Part shown: one piece after another, positions 12,920 through 25,098 of the stretch
Layout of the letters: every line of letters begins with the position of its first letter
How positions within the stretch are numbered: the first letter of the stretch is position 1
The notes under the pieces: model-generated
The model's database searches: none
Seen by the model: the letters and a program-made list of their open reading frames with translations, nothing else
What the model was told of the DNA's origin: nothing
Source: Cystobasidiomycetes sp. EMM_F5
Lineage: Eukaryota
Direction: 5' to 3'
Length of the DNA: 64,000 nt
NCBI GenBank assembly: GCA_051047955.1
Contig: JBPGPT010000025.1
Coordinates: 1-64,000 of the forward strand
Position numbers and translations under genes: made by a program

Positions 12920-15097
12920 TCATTGATGCTTTGCAATCTCGAGCCCGACGAGGACGAGGATGATTGTACTCGGAAACGTCACGATAACATAGCTCACAAA
13001 GAGCGTTTTGCTGACGAGCCTTTCGAATGCGTCGCCCACAGCCGACGTCATTTGCGCCAGTGTAATGGCGGGCGCAGATCCGATGACCAGAACGGCAGTA
13101 ACGATAAACACCGGGTCGTCTGCCACGTTGACGGTATGTTTGGCCCAAAACCACAGTAGAGGTAGTAACAGGAGCGGAGCAACGACCATGCGACTGACGA
13201 CACTGACAAAGATTGTTCGTCCTTCGCCAGGTCGACGGTTTGTATCTTCGTATAAATCATCTTTTGTCTTGTAAGAATGACCGAATAGTGCCGAGAATTT
13301 GCGCTTCAGACTTTCTGTAGTCGATGGCTGCCTCTTGTGCCGTCCTCCTCGTTGCTTCATCGCAGAAGCCGGTTTGCTCGATTCTTGTTCGGCGACAAAG
13401 TAGCTTCCCAGAACAATTAGCGTTACGGGCACACTGCAATTGCCGGCCGACTTGATGGCATTTCGAAGCGGCAACAATTCCGAGAGAAAGTGCTGGGCTG
13501 GTGGTATACAAGCCACGATGAGCGATAGGAAGGCAGCGTATCTAACCAAAAGATCCATCAGCTGCCGGCCGTGAAGGACAAAGAGTGCAGCGGATTCACA
13601 ATGGTGCCGTCATGAACGCCCGTACTCCCTGAATGAATCTGATAGAAGGCTTGACGATATAGCGATTTGACCAGCTTGCGCACGACCGCCGCCGCCGCCT
13701 GAATGCAGCCTGCCATCTCGATCGCGACGCTTCAGTCCTTTCTCGACGGCCGAGACCTGCATAGTCCTCCTCTTCGTCACTTGCATCTTCCTGTCTTGTA
13801 CTAACTCCTTCCCCCTCGCTATCGTCATCCGATGTTATGGATCCAGCAGAACTGGCATAATTACTTGCTGCGGGCGTACGAGCGGGCGTATTTGGAAAGG
13901 ACCGATAGCGATCAATCTCCCTATTCCAATTTGTGCTGACAACTTTTTGTCGTCCGCTTTGAGTACGAGCGATGACGGGTCGAGAGAAGACATCGATGGC
14001 AGCATCGTCTCCTGCACTTCCCAGGGCAGTCCACCGTCGTTCTGGCATTTTGCGACGAATGCCTGCTGGCTGTGCGGTATGATCTGGACCAGTCATGCGA
14101 GGCCCTTCGACGAATCGTGGTGACTTGAGTGTTGCGGAAGATGGTTCTTGTGCATGCCCGTTGCCTGTACCTGAAGACCCAGCCAATCCAGCTTTGGCAT
14201 AGTCTACACTCAGCAATGCTTCCTCCTCTCTTTCTCGCTGGTCCGACTCCAGTACGCGATCTCCATTCTCGAGCGATAAAGATGTGTCCTGTTCTGATGT
14301 GCTATTGTTGCGCTTGGGTTCAGGCTTATCTGCAGCGTCATCGGCTGTTGACAACAGCTTTATGCCATAACTCCAGCGTAGAATTATACCGAGTGTACTG
14401 AACAGCACCAAGTAGGATAGAGCACGTCCAAGCATGGCTTCGTGGCTGTCATGTTTGCCCCAATGCAATTCATCGACAGTATACGTCAATGACTGCATTA
14501 GACCGATAGGCAGCGAATTGCTGTAATCAGAAGGCATCAGCACGAGAACGTGAGGATTAGTTGATCGCACTGCACACCTATTCATGAACGTCGCACACGC
14601 AATTGCGAAAGCTCGTTGTGAGCGGGAGAGACGAAATGCGGTCCCCATTAGATACGCTATCAGTGCGGATGCGCCGGACAAAATAACAAAGCTGAGACGA
14701 AGGTGAGCACGGATACACACGGCAACTCTTCGCTTCATAAAACGTCCACTCACCCGACTGGAACAATCCATAGTTCCGCGAGCTTTGACGGGGTCAATGT
14801 GAATGCGACTTTGCCAAAGAGAAGGCAGGGAGTAAAGCATGCTTGGTTGAGCTTAAACGTAAACCCAATACTTCGTCAGCTGTACTGCGCAATAGTCAAG
14901 ACCATCCACAAGCTCACCAGATTCAACGTCCGCTTCGTCTTGGCGTCGACGACACCTCTGCGTCCGAGGACATACCCAACGATGCAGAGCAGGAAGACCT
15001 CGAGGATGGCAAACGACGTTACTTTGAGCAGCTGAGGAAGTGCTCCGCTGCTCGAGTCGTGGTCGCCTGTCGCACCAAGCAGGGCTTGCAAGAGCAT
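12920..15097 (-). CDS. Auxin efflux carrier (AEC/Mem_trans) family membrane protein, spliced
   Basis: AILEVFLLCIVGYVL, F-M-N|SNSLPIGLMQSL, LGIILRWSYG, AGNCSVPVTLIVLG, DDPVFIVTAVLVIGSAPAITLAQM. Confidence 0.88.
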
Positions 15098-15331
15098 GAC
15101 GTTGGTCGACTATTGGATGGACAAGGGCAGCATGGGTTGCGGTCAGGATATCTTGCACAGGGTCTACAGCAGAATCCTGCCTCGAAGCTCGGTCGTCGTC
15201 GAGTTGGCTTCCAGGTGAAACGTGTTCTTATCGTTGGCTTTAATCCGATTCAAATGGATTCAAATGAAAACGAGCAAGTTTACATGTAGTGACTGACTGC
15301 AGCTACTGCATTGGCACCGTCAAGGCCAGTC

Positions 15332-15971
15332 ATGGCTATGCGGCATCGTCGGACCCCGTCAGTGCCGCTGCGAGTCCGGACAGCCTCCATATCGCAGCGT
15401 AGCGACTTCGACGATGCAAGCAGTCCGCCGCCATTCCAGGATATCCTCTCTCCGTCCTCTGCAGACATCCCCTCCGCACTTCCTGCAGCCTCGCCGGATG
15501 CGACTCCAGGCGAAGGATCCCTCAGCTCGTCGAAATCGTCGGAAAAGTACGGCTTTGTCGTGTACGCCGGGTCACTCGTAGCGTGGTGGATATACATCGT
15601 CTGGGCATTCATTCCCGATAGATACCTAAAGGCGGCAGGGCTGGAGTGGTATCCCAGCAGGTGGGCTTGACTAGTCGTTGTAGCGGGATCCAGTCTGATC
15701 CATATCTGTCGTAATTTACCCCAGAGAATGGGCAATACTCGTCCCGGCTTGGATCATGATGGCAGTCGTATACGTCTACGTTGCATACTTTGCCCTGAAC
15801 CTCTATCACACACCCCGTCTGACAGACCTCTCCACAATCACCGACACTCAGGCAAACATCCTGCCAAAAGGGTGGGATCAGTCTGGTCTACTGTCAGACC
15901 TCAGCGACGATAGCATTCCACCACTGTACGATCTCCCGCCAGGACTGGTCAGTAGAGCCGTCTTTGGGTGA
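15332..15971 (+). CDS. GPI19: GPI-GlcNAc transferase subunit P (PIG-P/Gpi19)
   Basis: YGFVVY...IYIVWAFIPD...GLEWYPSR|EWAILVP...IPPLYDLP; one intron at about 15661-15725. Confidence 0.88.
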
Positions 15972-16217
15972 TACTATCGGTACCACTATAGCCGGTGCCC
16001 GCCAATTTCCCACAAGCAGCGTAGTAAGCAAAACAAACTCAACGTCTTTAATGCGTACAATTAGCCATACGCCCGGCAATCAATGCCAGTGTCAACCTCG
16101 CACATTTTGGCACCTGGCACCTGAATACATGTACTGCTCCAGGAGGAAAAGAGGCACTGCTCGGTACACCTATATTGCGGGCAAGGGTACATCTCTACTG
16201 CGATATATGACGCAAAA

Positions 16218-16819
16218 TCAAGCTTGTGTTGGCATCGTACGTGCCTGTCTGCGATTGCGCGGTTGGGTGGTCGTAGTGAAATCAAACGTTTCCGTGGTGG
16301 ACAAGATTGAGAACGAGGCACCCTCGGAGCCGGTATCAGTAGTATCGTAGCAAATTCCTTGGGCACCGAAGCTACGTATCGAGCCGGGTCAGCATTCCAA
16401 ATCGACGGGGATCTCGTACACGGGACTTACTTCGAGCATTGACCGCGCATGACGGCAAAGTAACCGTCATCGATTTGTCCCCAGGATGTGGTTGCGCCCA
16501 GCTGCGACATATCGATTTGGTACAACACACACCCAGTAGCGCCCTTATCAAAAGGTAGTGCCAGGTTACATCCACTTGTTGCCGAGCATGCTGACATGCA
16601 CGACTGCTGATTGACAGGATACGCCATTCCCTGCAGTATCACTTCAGTATGTACCGGAAAAGAAAGTAGAATGACCGACTCACGACCATGGTCATTGAAG
16701 TGATGGCCTTGGCCGAAGGTCCCGTGCGAGTGCAAATGCAGTAATTGGTCGAGGCAGCCGCCTTCAGTGCCAGCGACAGCAAGAAAGCGAGAATCATGAA
16801 AGACGAAGTCATGATGATG
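16218..16819 (-). CDS. Small secreted Cys-rich protein (PAN/apple-like), paralog A
   Basis: Signal peptide MMTSSFMILAFLLSLALKAAA; exons CICTRTGPS | GMAYPVNQQSCMSACSATSGCNLALP...RGQCS | FGAQGICYDT...PTQA*; collinear with the gene at about 24 kb. Confidence 0.7.
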
Positions 16820-17890
16820 GGTGTTTGACAATTGATTGGTGACGGCAGAAAATTGGATATTGGCGTATTCGTCGAGGTTGCGAGTAAGATGAAGGAAGTC
16901 AAGCCCGACTGAGCAGAGCTTGACTCTTCACCACCGTAAAGACGGCGATTTCGGATGCCTTCCAGGACCGTCAATTGCTTCGGCTGCGAACCTGAATTCG
17001 CCCGACAGACATCAGCTGACCCTGACCTGTATTGCCGGAACACCATCAGGTGACGTTGGCTGAAAGGATTGCGGATGCAATCCGTTTTGCAGTCGGAATT
17101 CGTCAATTCTGAGAGGAGGAAGCCAACTGTCCATTTCGGTGGGCGAGCTCCTCGGTGGTGGGCGAGCTCCTCGGTAGCTCTTGCGGGGATGAGCTGCGCA
17201 CCTTTTTCGGATTCAGATGCACCAGTCAACAAGTGCACCATGAATCAGCGCGACTCACTGTCGCCATTGCCGGGCATTGTACAAGTGGAGAACCGTCCGT
17301 CCCTGACGTCAGCGGAATTGGCTGTCACTTAACGACGAGACAAAGAGACCAGTTGATCGCGCTACTTGTCTCGTAGCGCTTTTGCAACACACATGCTGGC
17401 GACTCCCGGACTGCATTGATGCCTGTGAGCGCCTTTGGAGCCGCCCCGCACATGTAAATTGCGGAGTGATAGAAGATGACATAGTGTACGCTAGAAGTAG
17501 CTCTGTAGGGAGTAAAGGCCCGGAGGCAGTAAGCCTTGAAGCGATCTCCACAGTGTCAGACAAGCGATGATTAGCTTCTCCACATGCGAAGTGCGGCATC
17601 GATTGTATGTGAAGCGACATGAGAAGTCAATCAAAACCATTCGCAGAGTCAGTAAGGTGTCCCAGTACTTCGGTCAGCCAGCATCTATCGTTGGGCTCCG
17701 ATTGTCTGGCATTCTGCAGCCTGACCCCTCGACAACAGCTGAGCATTTGTCTACCCCAACGATGAGCATGGTTTTGATGTTGATGACATGATACGCTGAA
17801 GCGAGACCGTACATAACTCTTGCAGAAGTCCGGAGGCCGTTTGGACTGTCAAGCTGATATCGCCAGCTCAGTCGATAAATCATTAAGATC

Positions 17891-19966
17891 ATGATGGCCC
17901 AACAGCGAGTCCATGCCGCCCTATTGGGATGCCTGGCGCTGTCATCGCAGGACTTCGCGTCGAGTGCTCCAGCCATTCATCGCATGGTCTCGTCGGTCCT
18001 GGCGCAACAGCTGAGAGCTCTAAATGAAGACGAAAATATGGAAGCAATGCAAGACCCGACTACGTGCAGAGCTGTTCTCACCATCTTTCATCGTCTAGCA
18101 AGTCTAACCCAAAGTAATCCCATTGACGCCGCCTCGCTCCACGATTTCCTCATCACCTATGTCATATATCCCTCTGAGGGTGCCAACGATGAAGCTCTCG
18201 CAGAGATTGGATTCGCACAAAGCCTCGTTGAAAGCTTACTCATGCGAAAGCCGTCGCTATTACGCTCCATCGAAACCCATATCATACCGGGATATCTGCA
18301 GATGTCCCAAGACCTGGAAAGTGGATGGCTTACTCGAATGCGCTTGTTTGTGCGGTTCATTCAAAGTCTCACCGGAATTGAGAGGACAAAGGATCATTTG
18401 AGTAACGGGGAGCTGGCTCACACCTTCTGGCCGACGTTCCAGCTCCTCTATGATACTACATTGCCGAATGCCGCCAAAGGCAGCGTGTCGGGACCAGATC
18501 TTCGAAGCTATGTGGAGGTGAAAAAGGCACTCCTTGACATCTTTGTGTCTTGCTTGCCGTCACTCGAATCTGATACGCTTCTGGCACTGCTGGAAGGCGA
18601 AGCAAATTCACCCGATCTCGCACCATTTCACTCGCTTGGGTCGATGTCCTTGGTCAACCAAACCCTGCTTACAGACGCAGAATTTCACGCAAACATCTCC
18701 GAAACGATTGCGCGACAGTGTAGTCCAGACGAGCAGACCTATATCAAGCAGAGCGTACGTGCCCTGCTGCCAAATGACGCGGATATTCAAGATGGGACTA
18801 TTCATCTTGCCGGCAGTAAAGGCAAAGGCAAAGAAAGAGCGAAGCGGCAGCATGAAGTCTCGCATAACAATATGAAAGTCGGCATACCGAACACCGCAAT
18901 ATTGGTTCAGCAAGTCATCAGTGTCCTACCTGATGCAGCCCCGGAAACGGTTGAAAGATTGCTTGCGGATGCAGACCTTGCTGGGCTTGACTCTGATACG
19001 AGAGTACAGCGGGTCATCAGCGCTCTTCTCGAAGAGCAGGTGAGTTCCGCAAGTCAGAAGCAGGAGACCGAACCGTCCAGTGCGGACCAAACGTCCGATA
19101 CACCGGCTCGACGGTCCACGTTTGCATCAGCGCGCAACAATATATTCGATGATCGCATGGATCAGTCGAGAACGAGAATGGGCAAGCAAGCGTGAGTTTT
19201 CCTTGATCTTGTACCGACTTGTATGACGATCAGGCTAACGTAGACGTGACACAGCATTGAGCGAGACGACTTTCTGCCTCAAGCGATGAAGGACGCTATA
19301 CTGGCTGCGGCTGCGCGTCAAGAGGAAGAAGCGCTAGAGGAGGCCGAACGCGAAGCAGAAGAGTCTGGCCGTGGTTATAGGACGGCTGCCTTTGTCGAAG
19401 ATCTCGATGGCGACAGCGATGTTGAACAAGCTCAAGTGGGTAGGGTTCGTGTTCAGGATGACGTAGACGAGGACAGTGCGCTGGAGGACAACGTCGAATC
19501 TGCGAACCATCGACCTGTTCAAACGGCGACTTCTACCCCCAATACATCGTACCCTCCGCCCACGGAGCAATTGCTACTACGCACTTTCACTTCTGAGCCA
19601 GATGTGTTCGCGCAGTCAGCTCGCAAATCTCCCAATCGCGTGAAACTCCTACAGGCTACCAAGCTTAGTCATGAACAGCTAGAAGGCTGGGCGCGGATGC
19701 TCGAGCGCGATCCGAGAAAGGAGAGGAGATTAGCCATAGTGAGCGACTTTATGGGCAGCGGCATGGGTGGTACTCGAAACACATCCGAGGCAGGCGGTCA
19801 CGAGAGTTCTGCGGGACAACCGGCTACAGCGACAGGAACAAGTAAACCGAGCACTCGAGGTGGGCCTGAAAGAGGCCGGGGTCGCGGGAGCAAGGGTAAC
19901 CGCGGGCATCAGGGAGACCACAGAAGGCGTGGTCATGACAGAAAAATACAGAAAGCTGGTCCGTAA
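17891..19966 (+). CDS. CUE-domain protein, ASCC2/Cue3-like
   Basis: Long ORFs joined by an intron at about 19192-19254; CUE-like VQQVISVLPD...VERLL; C-terminal LSHEQLEGWARMLERDP and RRRGHDRK. Start may lie further upstream. Confidence 0.7.
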
Positions 19967-20080
19967 CAAGCAAGACGATGAGTCCATACTCGAGTCATTC
20001 TCACGCTGTTGTGTCCAACTCCGTGTGCTTGGCTGTCTACAGCTTGTTGAACCCCTTTGGCCTTCGCTTCTATAGCTCCG

Positions 20081-21204
20081 TCAACCCATGCGAACAAATT
20101 TCGCTTTTTGTTCTCGTGCTTCCCGTTCTTTCAGTCTGCTACTGAGCGCGGCTTTCCCACTGAACAGTGCAAGCAACGCAGTGACTGCCGCTAGCGGCAT
20201 CAATCGCCATGCATCAATAATGCCCAGCCAGTAGGCAGCTATCAGACCCTCAAGGGCGGCGAGGCTCCCTAGTAGAGGTATCGACTGCGCAGGGAGGGAG
20301 AATTGTATGGATGGCAAAATTTGAGATGACTGAGGCGTGAAAGATTAGGATCATCTCCGAGATGACACGAAGCTTGGCTTTGTCTGACTTACAAGTGTTA
20401 AAAGCAGAAGCCACGGTGACAATACAGCTACGAGACCGATGATGGCTTTGACACTGCCAGTGCGTGTTTGTGGTTGTCTAAAGGTCCATGCCAATTCTTC
20501 TCTTGCAGAGTATCGCTCCATCTCCCATTCGCGAGGCCATTTCTTTTGTTTTGGCGCAGCCTTCCACAACTGCTCCGGTAGCCCTACGGTGCCAAGATCG
20601 ATAATTGTTGAGGATTCTCCCTTCGTTGATGATGCCAGCAGCAATTGTGCGCGTAATTGCCCTTCGGACCTGCGCGCAACAGACACGATATCTTCACGCG
20701 CCGTTGTAGCGAGATCCCATTCCCATCTGAACCTCCCTCCTTTCTTCGGAGCGAGATACACACTGACAGATCCGACTTGAGCTTGAGCGCGTCGGAACAG
20801 CTCGCCTGCACCACCGTCAGCATGTGCAGCAGCGGCTAGAGAATCGCTTGTCGACACGCTGAGCGAGGAAGACAGGGACCGCGGCGAGACGGTGGAGAGG
20901 ATGAGAGCTGCGTAGCCTATACTTTCGTGTGAGGGTGACACGAAGGAAAGCTTGAAAGCTGCGGTCGCTTCGAGGGTCAGCAGCCTGGAAGCTGCATTGT
21001 CGGCTGGGAAACTGGGAACCAAACGTAAGCCGGGGCCTAGAAGGCACTTCACCACTCAGCCTACTGGACTGTGGCTTCTGCGATTCCAGCAGACGATATC
21101 CGCTGGAGCTTTCCGTCGTTAATCTCAAACGCAGCCCCGAAAGCGGTCGACAGCGAGACTGCCAGAGTCGCGGCTGCCAGGCCAATTGCGCGTAGCCGCG
21201 TCAT
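20081..21204 (-). CDS. SWP1: Oligosaccharyltransferase subunit ribophorin II (Swp1/RPN2)
   Basis: Signal peptide MTRLRAIGLAAATLAVSL; ELAWTFRQP followed by three C-terminal hydrophobic helices ending GKAALS. Confidence 0.75.
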
Positions 21205-21296
21205 GGTCGTGAGAGTGATGACTGCGGTCACAGTATTTGAAAATATCAGACTTGCTTCGTGTTGAATCGAGACCAAGCTTGAATACGCTCCAAATC

Positions 21297-22416
21297 ATGA
21301 ATAACCTCGACCCAAAACTTGCAAAGTACCTGTCGAGCGCAAAGCAGGAGATATACAACGAGTACCATGGCACGGGCAAGAAGAAGGGCAGCAAGAAGCG
21401 GAAACAGCCAGACTCTGCGACTTCGACGGTAGCAGGAGCTGGATTTGTTATTGCAGACGACGACGGCGTGAGCTGGGGCAACAAGGCCGACGACGACGAG
21501 GAGGATGCAGCAGTTGGTGCGCGTCGTGCAGTCTTGACGCTCGAATCTATGCTGAAATCTAGCCTCCAGTCGTTGAACATCGCAAGACCGTGTTCAAGCC
21601 TATCGGAGGCGCAACAGCAACAGCACAATCGGTGCGACCTCCAGACGAGCCTATACCTGACGATGAAGCGCCTCAAGTCGTAGGCAATGTCATCCAAGAT
21701 GCTCCGACAGCGTCATCGTCCTCGAGTCGTATGCAAGGGGGTCTACAGACCGCGGCCGCACTGCGCAAGGAGAATGAACGACGCCGAGCAGAAGTCGAAG
21801 CAGAGAAGCGGCGCGTAAAGGCTGAGCAAGCTCGTGCGGGTGACGAGAATGTCAATCCGGAAGAGGAGACGATTTACCGCGACAAGTCTGGTCAAAAGAT
21901 TGACACTAAAGCAGAACGAGCCGAGATTGCACGACAGCGCAGGGCAGAGCTGGAGAAGGAGATGCAAAAGATGGAGTGGGGCAAAGGTGTCGTGCAGCGA
22001 GAGGAGCGGGAGAGGAGGCAACGGGAGCTGGAGGATATGGCCAGCAAGCCAATGGCGAGGTATGCCGATGATGAAGATATGAATGCTGAACTCAAAGATC
22101 GGAATCGATGGAATGATCCTGCTGCAAACTTCCTGACGAATGCAAAGGACAAGGAGAAGAACAAACGGAAAGGTCCACAAAGGCCAAAGTATACCGGGCC
22201 CATGCCTGCACCCAATCGCTTTGCTATCGGCCCGGGATACCGGTCAGTACCTTTCTTCAATAACACTGCTGCTTGAAGAGCTGACAGACTCGGTCTTCTT
22301 GCAGCTGGGATGGCGTGGATCGTTCGAACGGCTTCGAGCGCCAGCTGATGCAAGCAGGCAATCTTAAGAAAGTCAGAGACGCGCAAGCCAGAGTGTTCTC
22401 AACGGAAGACATGTAA
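21297..22416 (+). CDS. BUD13: Pre-mRNA splicing factor Bud13/Cwc26 (RES complex)
   Basis: ETIYRDKSG, MEWGKGVVQ, ARYADDEDMNAELK..RWNDPAANF, PNRFAIGPGYR|WDGVDRSNGFE, ending STEDM*. Confidence 0.95.
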
Positions 22417-23899
22417 TGCAAATCTATGGAAGAGCGATGGAATCAGCCGAGTCGAGCTACGGTATCTTCTGGCAAAACCCTAGCACAGTTGAATCGACAC
22501 ACAGTAATTGGTGTGCTGCATGCACTTTCAAGAAACGAAGACATCAATTTCGCATGCACGACGCGCATTCATGCAATCTCGAATGCGTGCGACATGAGCC
22601 TGTACGATCGGTCCGTTGCGTCTGCTGCCCCCCCTCATCAGTCAGCTGGAAGTCGACTTAGCAAGGAGTGGTCCCTTCCCGCCGCTTGCCTAGGACAACT
22701 ACGCGCTGTGCAGCGATATCGTCTCCATTGCAGACCTTACACAGGCGCAAGTAACCGAAAATCAATTCGTGAAAACCTCAAGGTGGGAAAGAGCTAGCAA
22801 GGCAATCGCTATACCGTGTCTCCCGCAAAGCCTGCCCTAAGTAAGATACCAAACGTAGACAACGAAGGGAAGAATCGTTACATGTTTGCAATCCCCAATG
22901 AATTTCAGAATACAGCAGCCGATAATATTCTCACGTTGAGCTGCTTTAGCTGGTTGCCCAATTTCGCAGAGTTCCTTGACCTGTGTCTGGCCATGCGAGC
23001 CGTCGCCTGTTCAGCGACCACGTTAGCTGCTAGAATCATACCGCAGTGTAACTCATGCCACACTGACACTGCTTCGTGACTCTGTGTAGTTGCGGAGCGC
23101 CGCCCAGGCACAAAAATTCATCAACGCATAACAGCTAGATTTGAGCCAAACAAGATGACGTAGCAATGGCTCAGCTTCGGAAAGTAGAGAATATGTTATT
23201 TTTATCGCAGTACAACAAGTATTTTTGTCAATATAAGCCCCTCGAGTTTTGCCGGGCGATTAACCAAAACGATGGGTCAGCTACATTGCCGGCGGAATAG
23301 CCATCGTGATGGCGAATTAGTTTCAATGCCCCTTGGATTCTCTGGGCGAATACGCCGTACTGAGACGATCGGCAAACGCCGCGGTCGATGGGCGTTGTAT
23401 ATATACCGAATTGATCTACGCAAAGACTGTGTGCAAGGGGACGAGCCAGCACATACTTTCCACAGTATTACTCGCTATATTTGAGCGTCTGTCGTCCCTA
23501 TGTCTTGTCGATTGCCATTCTGCCCTTGTCGGCCCATCTGCGAACGGATCGCTGTCGCTCTTTGCCTGCCCAAGTCCGCTTGGCTCTTGACTGCTGAAAT
23601 CGTATCAACGCAATCAGAAGTACCGTAACTTCTGATCCGTGATGTCTGATTTCAGCTGTCAGGTTCAGCAAACGTGCACTCATGATGATAAACTCAGTCA
23701 AGTTCGTTAAAGTAACCGCGTAATCATGTCGTAGCAAGTCTACCTTGAACGGCGAATGTAGTCAGTCGACTGTGACAAGAGGGTGTGGGAGGGAAGTTAT
23801 CAGATACGGGTGCAGGACGTCATTCGTTATATGTTTATAACCCAATATTTCGTCCAGCGAAAAGCGCAGATGTACGTCAAGCCCGATCATACAGTCCGT

Positions 23900-24571
23900 C
23901 AGATGTAGTCTGTCTGCAACTACGTCGGTGTGTGCTTGCTCGGCACAGCGGATTTGCGCATTCTCAGATACGTCGTGGTTGATGTGGAAGTGCCTGTGGT
24001 TGTAGTAGATGACGTGGACGAGGTTGAACTAGACAGAGTCGTGTACGAGACGCTTCCGTACGCTCCTGCAGCATTAGTGTCCGCGCAGTACCCAGAAACG
24101 CCGAACCTGAAACATGCATTGAGTCATGGACTTTCAACAGTATAATTGTGCGGCTGTGCGAGCTTACGATGCACACGTGCCTCCAAGTACGAACCAGTGA
24201 CTTTCTGATGCCTCGTCCCACTCGACGAGACCACCGAGGTTTGTAACAGGGAATTGTTCCATATAGCATACAGTCGGTTGGTCCGGAAGAGGGAACGCAA
24301 GGTTACAGCCTGCAGTCGCAGCACACGCAGCGATGCACGAAGCTTGGTTGTTGGCTGGAATGACGGCTGAAGCCTAAACAGACACGTTTTAGCCTGGTAA
24401 GTGCCTTTCTGCGGCATATACTGTACTTACAATGTACGTGTAGGTATTGTCGCTGTTAATCTTCTGGAAGGACGGACCCCTCCCATTGCACACGCATGCA
24501 GAGAAGTCTTTCGCGGAGACGTACGCTACGAGGAGGGCCTGAGCAATAAAGCTAAAGAGAGTGTTTCGCAT
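23900..24571 (-). CDS. Small secreted Cys-rich protein (PAN/apple-like) with Ser/Thr tail, paralog B
   Basis: MRNTLFSFIAQALLVAYVSA signal; CVCNGRGPS | ASAVIPANNQASCIAACAATAGCNLAFP...GGTCAS | FGVSGYCADT...SSSTSSTSSTTTT. 3' end approximate. Confidence 0.7.
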
Positions 24572-25098
24572 GTTTGCAATATTCAGTTGCGTATTGAACG
24601 ATTGAGCGATTGAATGAGTGTTTGCGAAGCTTTCAGTACAGACTAGCTGTAAATTTGATTGAGCTGGCGGATTGCGAAACCAAGCCGCGTTCAGGTCGCA
24701 ATGATCTTGCTGCGACACAACAAATGGCGACAAAGTCACTGAACAGGATCCATCCCGATGCGGCGGTGTCTCGTGGCATCGAAAAGTGTGCTCTGACGGG
24801 GAGAATGCTGTTAGACTGCTGGGAACGCCATGGACGCATGGATTTGTGGGGTCTGAGTGAATTTTGCGGGGATCTCTATTGCAAAGTCCGCTCAGCCGAC
24901 CCGCAACCGACTCCGACTCATCAGCCAGTTAGTTCACTTTAGCCCATGTCAGTCCGCATTAGTTCAATCCAAGTCAGCTTTGTGTCCCATCTACGTCGTT
25001 TCCGTTGGCTTCCCATCGATGACGATGTCGATCAAGCAGTCAATACACATGCATTAACACGCTGAGCCGCTCTTTCTCTGCTCTCATTCACATCAGCC

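Noticed and set aside
17138..17175. 19-bp tandem duplication GGTGGGCGAGCTCCTCGGT
   Set aside because: Two copies, no spacers; ordinary slippage, not CRISPR.
22426..23780. Short ORFs between BUD13 and secreted paralog B
   Set aside because: No coherent spliced model or motif could be built.
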